Shown: positions 61,753 to 64,000 of the stretch, in pieces | Layout: every line of letters starts with the position of its first letter | Position numbering within the stretch: the first letter of the stretch is position 1 | Assembly (NCBI GenBank): GCA_050613775.1 | Contig: JBODTK010000124.1 | Location: forward strand, 124,001 to 188,000 | DNA: 64,000 bases | Direction of reading: 5' to 3' | Source of the DNA: Neocallimastix sp. 'constans' | Taxonomy: Eukaryota | Program-made: the position numbers and the translations under genes | Notes under the pieces: generated by a model | The model's database searches: none | The model's input: the letters and a program-made list of their open reading frames with translations, nothing else | What the model was told of the DNA's origin: nothing

Positions 61753-63333
61753 ATGAAATCTTTAACTTTTATTACTATTTTCATGGCCATGTTAGTGGCT
61801 GTTTGCACTAGTAAGAGTGTAAAATGTTTCGTTAAAGGTCCAAAAAAGCCAAGTAAACTTCCAGTTCCAGCTGAAGAAAGTGAAATTCCAGATTATGAAA
61901 ATGTTTTAAGAATATTCAAAAAAGTTAATGGTGTTCCACGTCCAAGTCAACACGAAGAAAAGATGGGATATTTCCTTGTTGATTTTGCTAAAGAACGTGG
62001 TCTTGAATATGTTATGGATGGTAAGAATGTCATTATTTACAAGGATGCTACTCCAGATATGGAAGGAACTCCAATGCTTACCTTACAAACTCATCAAGAT
62101 ATGATTTGTGTTGCTAAGGATGGTTACGAAATTGATTTCTTAGAACAAGGTGTTGAAAGTTACAATGATGGTACTTACATCAGAAGTAAGGATAATAATA
62201 CTTCTCTTGGTGCTGATGATGGTATTGGTGTTTCTATTGTTCTTGCCATTCTTGACAGTAAGACTATCAGTCATGGTCCATTAGAATGTCTTTTCACTTG
62301 GGATGAAGAACTAGAATTCAGTGGTGCTATTGCTCTTACTCCAGGAATTCTTAAGGGTAAATATATGGTAAACATTGATTGGGAAACCGATGGTGAACTT
62401 TGTATTGGTACAGCTGGTGGTTTAGATGTTGCTGCTAATCTTGCCTACAACATCACTGAAACTCCAAGTGATTACGCTGCCTACAATCTTTCTGTTTCTG
62501 GTTTAACAGGTGGTCACAGTGGTGTTGCCATTGTTAATGGTGGATCTAATGCTATTAAACTCTTAGGTGATTTCCTTGCTACTATTTCTGATCTTCGTCT
62601 TGCTGCTATTGAAGGTGGTACATTCCCAAATGTCATCGCTATTTCTTCTAAGGCTACTGTTCTTGTTCCAGAAACTCAAAAAGCTGAATTTGAAACTAAA
62701 TGGAAAAAATATGTTGCTGAAGTTAAAGAAAAATATGCTGCTGTTGATCCAGACATGGAATTAACTATTGCTGAAGCTAAAACTCCAAAGGAAAGTATGA
62801 CTGAAGCTCAAACTAAAGCAGTCTTTGCTGGTCTTGCTAATGCTGCTCAAGGTGTCACTGAATGGAGTGAAACTGTTAAAGATATTTTCGAAACTTCTAA
62901 CAATGTTGGTTCAATCACCATGAAGGATGGTACCTTAAATATTGAATATTTAGTTCGTGGTTTCAACAATGACAATATTGCTAAATTAGCTGATAATGTC
63001 ATTGAAGGTTTTGAAGGTAGTAAGGTTGGTTTCACCACCAGAAAGTATGGTGCTTTCTCTCCATGGAATCCACCATTAGATTCTCCTTTAATGAACTATG
63101 CTCGTAACATTTACCAAGAACACTTTGGTAAACCAATCAGTCTTCGTAAAGTTGGAGGTGGACTTGAATTATCTGAATTTGCTGTTGCCTACCCAGACAT
63201 GCAATTCATTAGTTATGGTCCAACTGTTAATGATCCACACACTATTAATGAAACTGTTGAAGTTAAGACAGTTAAGAGCACCTGGGAATACACAGTTGAA
63301 TTACTTCGTAATGTTAAACAACTTAAAAACTAA
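61753..63333 (+). CDS. pepD: Secreted PepD-like M20C metallo-dipeptidase, copy 6, 526 aa
   Basis: Catalytic motifs intact. Shares DEELE/DMIC/GGTF with copy 4, KWKKY with copy 2 and AVAYP/QLKN with copy 5. Confidence 0.93.
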   Translation: MKSLTFITIFMAMLVAVCTSKSVKCFVKGPKKPSKLPVPAEESEIPDYENVLRIFKKVNGVPRPSQHEEKMGYFLVDFAKERGLEYVMDGKNVIIYKDATPDMEGTPMLTLQTHQDMICVAKDGYEIDFLEQGVESYNDGTYIRSKDNNTSLGADDGIGVSIVLAILDSKTISHGPLECLFTWDEELEFSGAIALTPGILKGKYMVNIDWETDGELCIGTAGGLDVAANLAYNITETPSDYAAYNLSVSGLTGGHSGVAIVNGGSNAIKLLGDFLATISDLRLAAIEGGTFPNVIAISSKATVLVPETQKAEFETKWKKYVAEVKEKYAAVDPDMELTIAEAKTPKESMTEAQTKAVFAGLANAAQGVTEWSETVKDIFETSNNVGSITMKDGTLNIEYLVRGFNNDNIAKLADNVIEGFEGSKVGFTTRKYGAFSPWNPPLDSPLMNYARNIYQEHFGKPISLRKVGGGLELSEFAVAYPDMQFISYGPTVNDPHTINETVEVKTVKSTWEYTVELLRNVKQLKN

Positions 63334-64000
63334 AAACTCTTATAAATAAGAAATATTTTTTGCTTATTTTAATTTATTTATATATTTAATTATATTATCT
63401 AAAAAATATATATAAAAAAAATAGAAATAAATTTTAGAATAATATTAATTAAATTAAAAAAAATAATAATAATAATAGACGTATTATAAAAGAAAATTAA
63501 AAATAAGAATAATTAAAAAGAAATAAATAATTATGGTAATATTAAGGATTGTATAGATTATTTATGATAAAACCAATATAATAATATGTATTTGTGTAAT
63601 CAATTTTTTTAAAAAAAATCTATATAATAATAATATACTATAATAAAAATATAAAATATTTATATTTTAATTATTTTTGTTTTTAAAAAATTTTTTCTTT
63701 ATGATAGATAAAAAATATAATCTAAATAAAATAGAATATTTATTAAAAAATATATATAGAGAGAGAATAAAAATTAATCAAAATAAAATAAAAAAAATAA
63801 AAAAATAAAAAATAAAAAATAAAAAATAAAAACGAGAGTTTAAAAAGTATTTATATAAAATTTTTTTTTTTATTTATTTATTTATTTATTTATACTTTCA
63901 TACTACATAAATTGTTGTTTATATTTATATCAGTTTTTAATAATTTTTTTTTAAATTAATAATTTATTTAATACTAATTTAATATTAAAAGCATAAAATG

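Overview
Extremely AT-rich eukaryotic DNA with long poly-A/T runs, AAT microsatellites, GT-AG introns and strong NNT/NNA codon bias. I infer an anaerobic gut fungus (Neocallimastigomycota), but this is not proven. The left part (1-21 kb) holds two paralogous single-intron genes for an orphan ~7-TM, GPCR-like membrane protein, separated and followed by decayed transposons: LINE fragments, a MULE transposase pseudogene and a near-complete EN-RT-zinc-finger LINE. The right part (21-64 kb) holds an array of six intronless, near-identical genes for a bacterial-type PepD (M20C aminoacyl-histidine dipeptidase-like) metallopeptidase. Each has gained a signal peptide followed by a hypervariable ~20-30 aa segment. 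The copies sit in kb-scale duplicated units, show a mosaic pattern of shared variants, and one has lost two zinc ligands by an in-frame deletion and also lacks the shared TATA element. Interspersed are a decayed LTR element with PPT and 5-bp TSD, a copia RT relic, further LINE 3' fragments, a SINE-like insertion with TSD, poly-A tail and an empty paralogous site, a related highly structured GC-rich element, and several inverted repeats.
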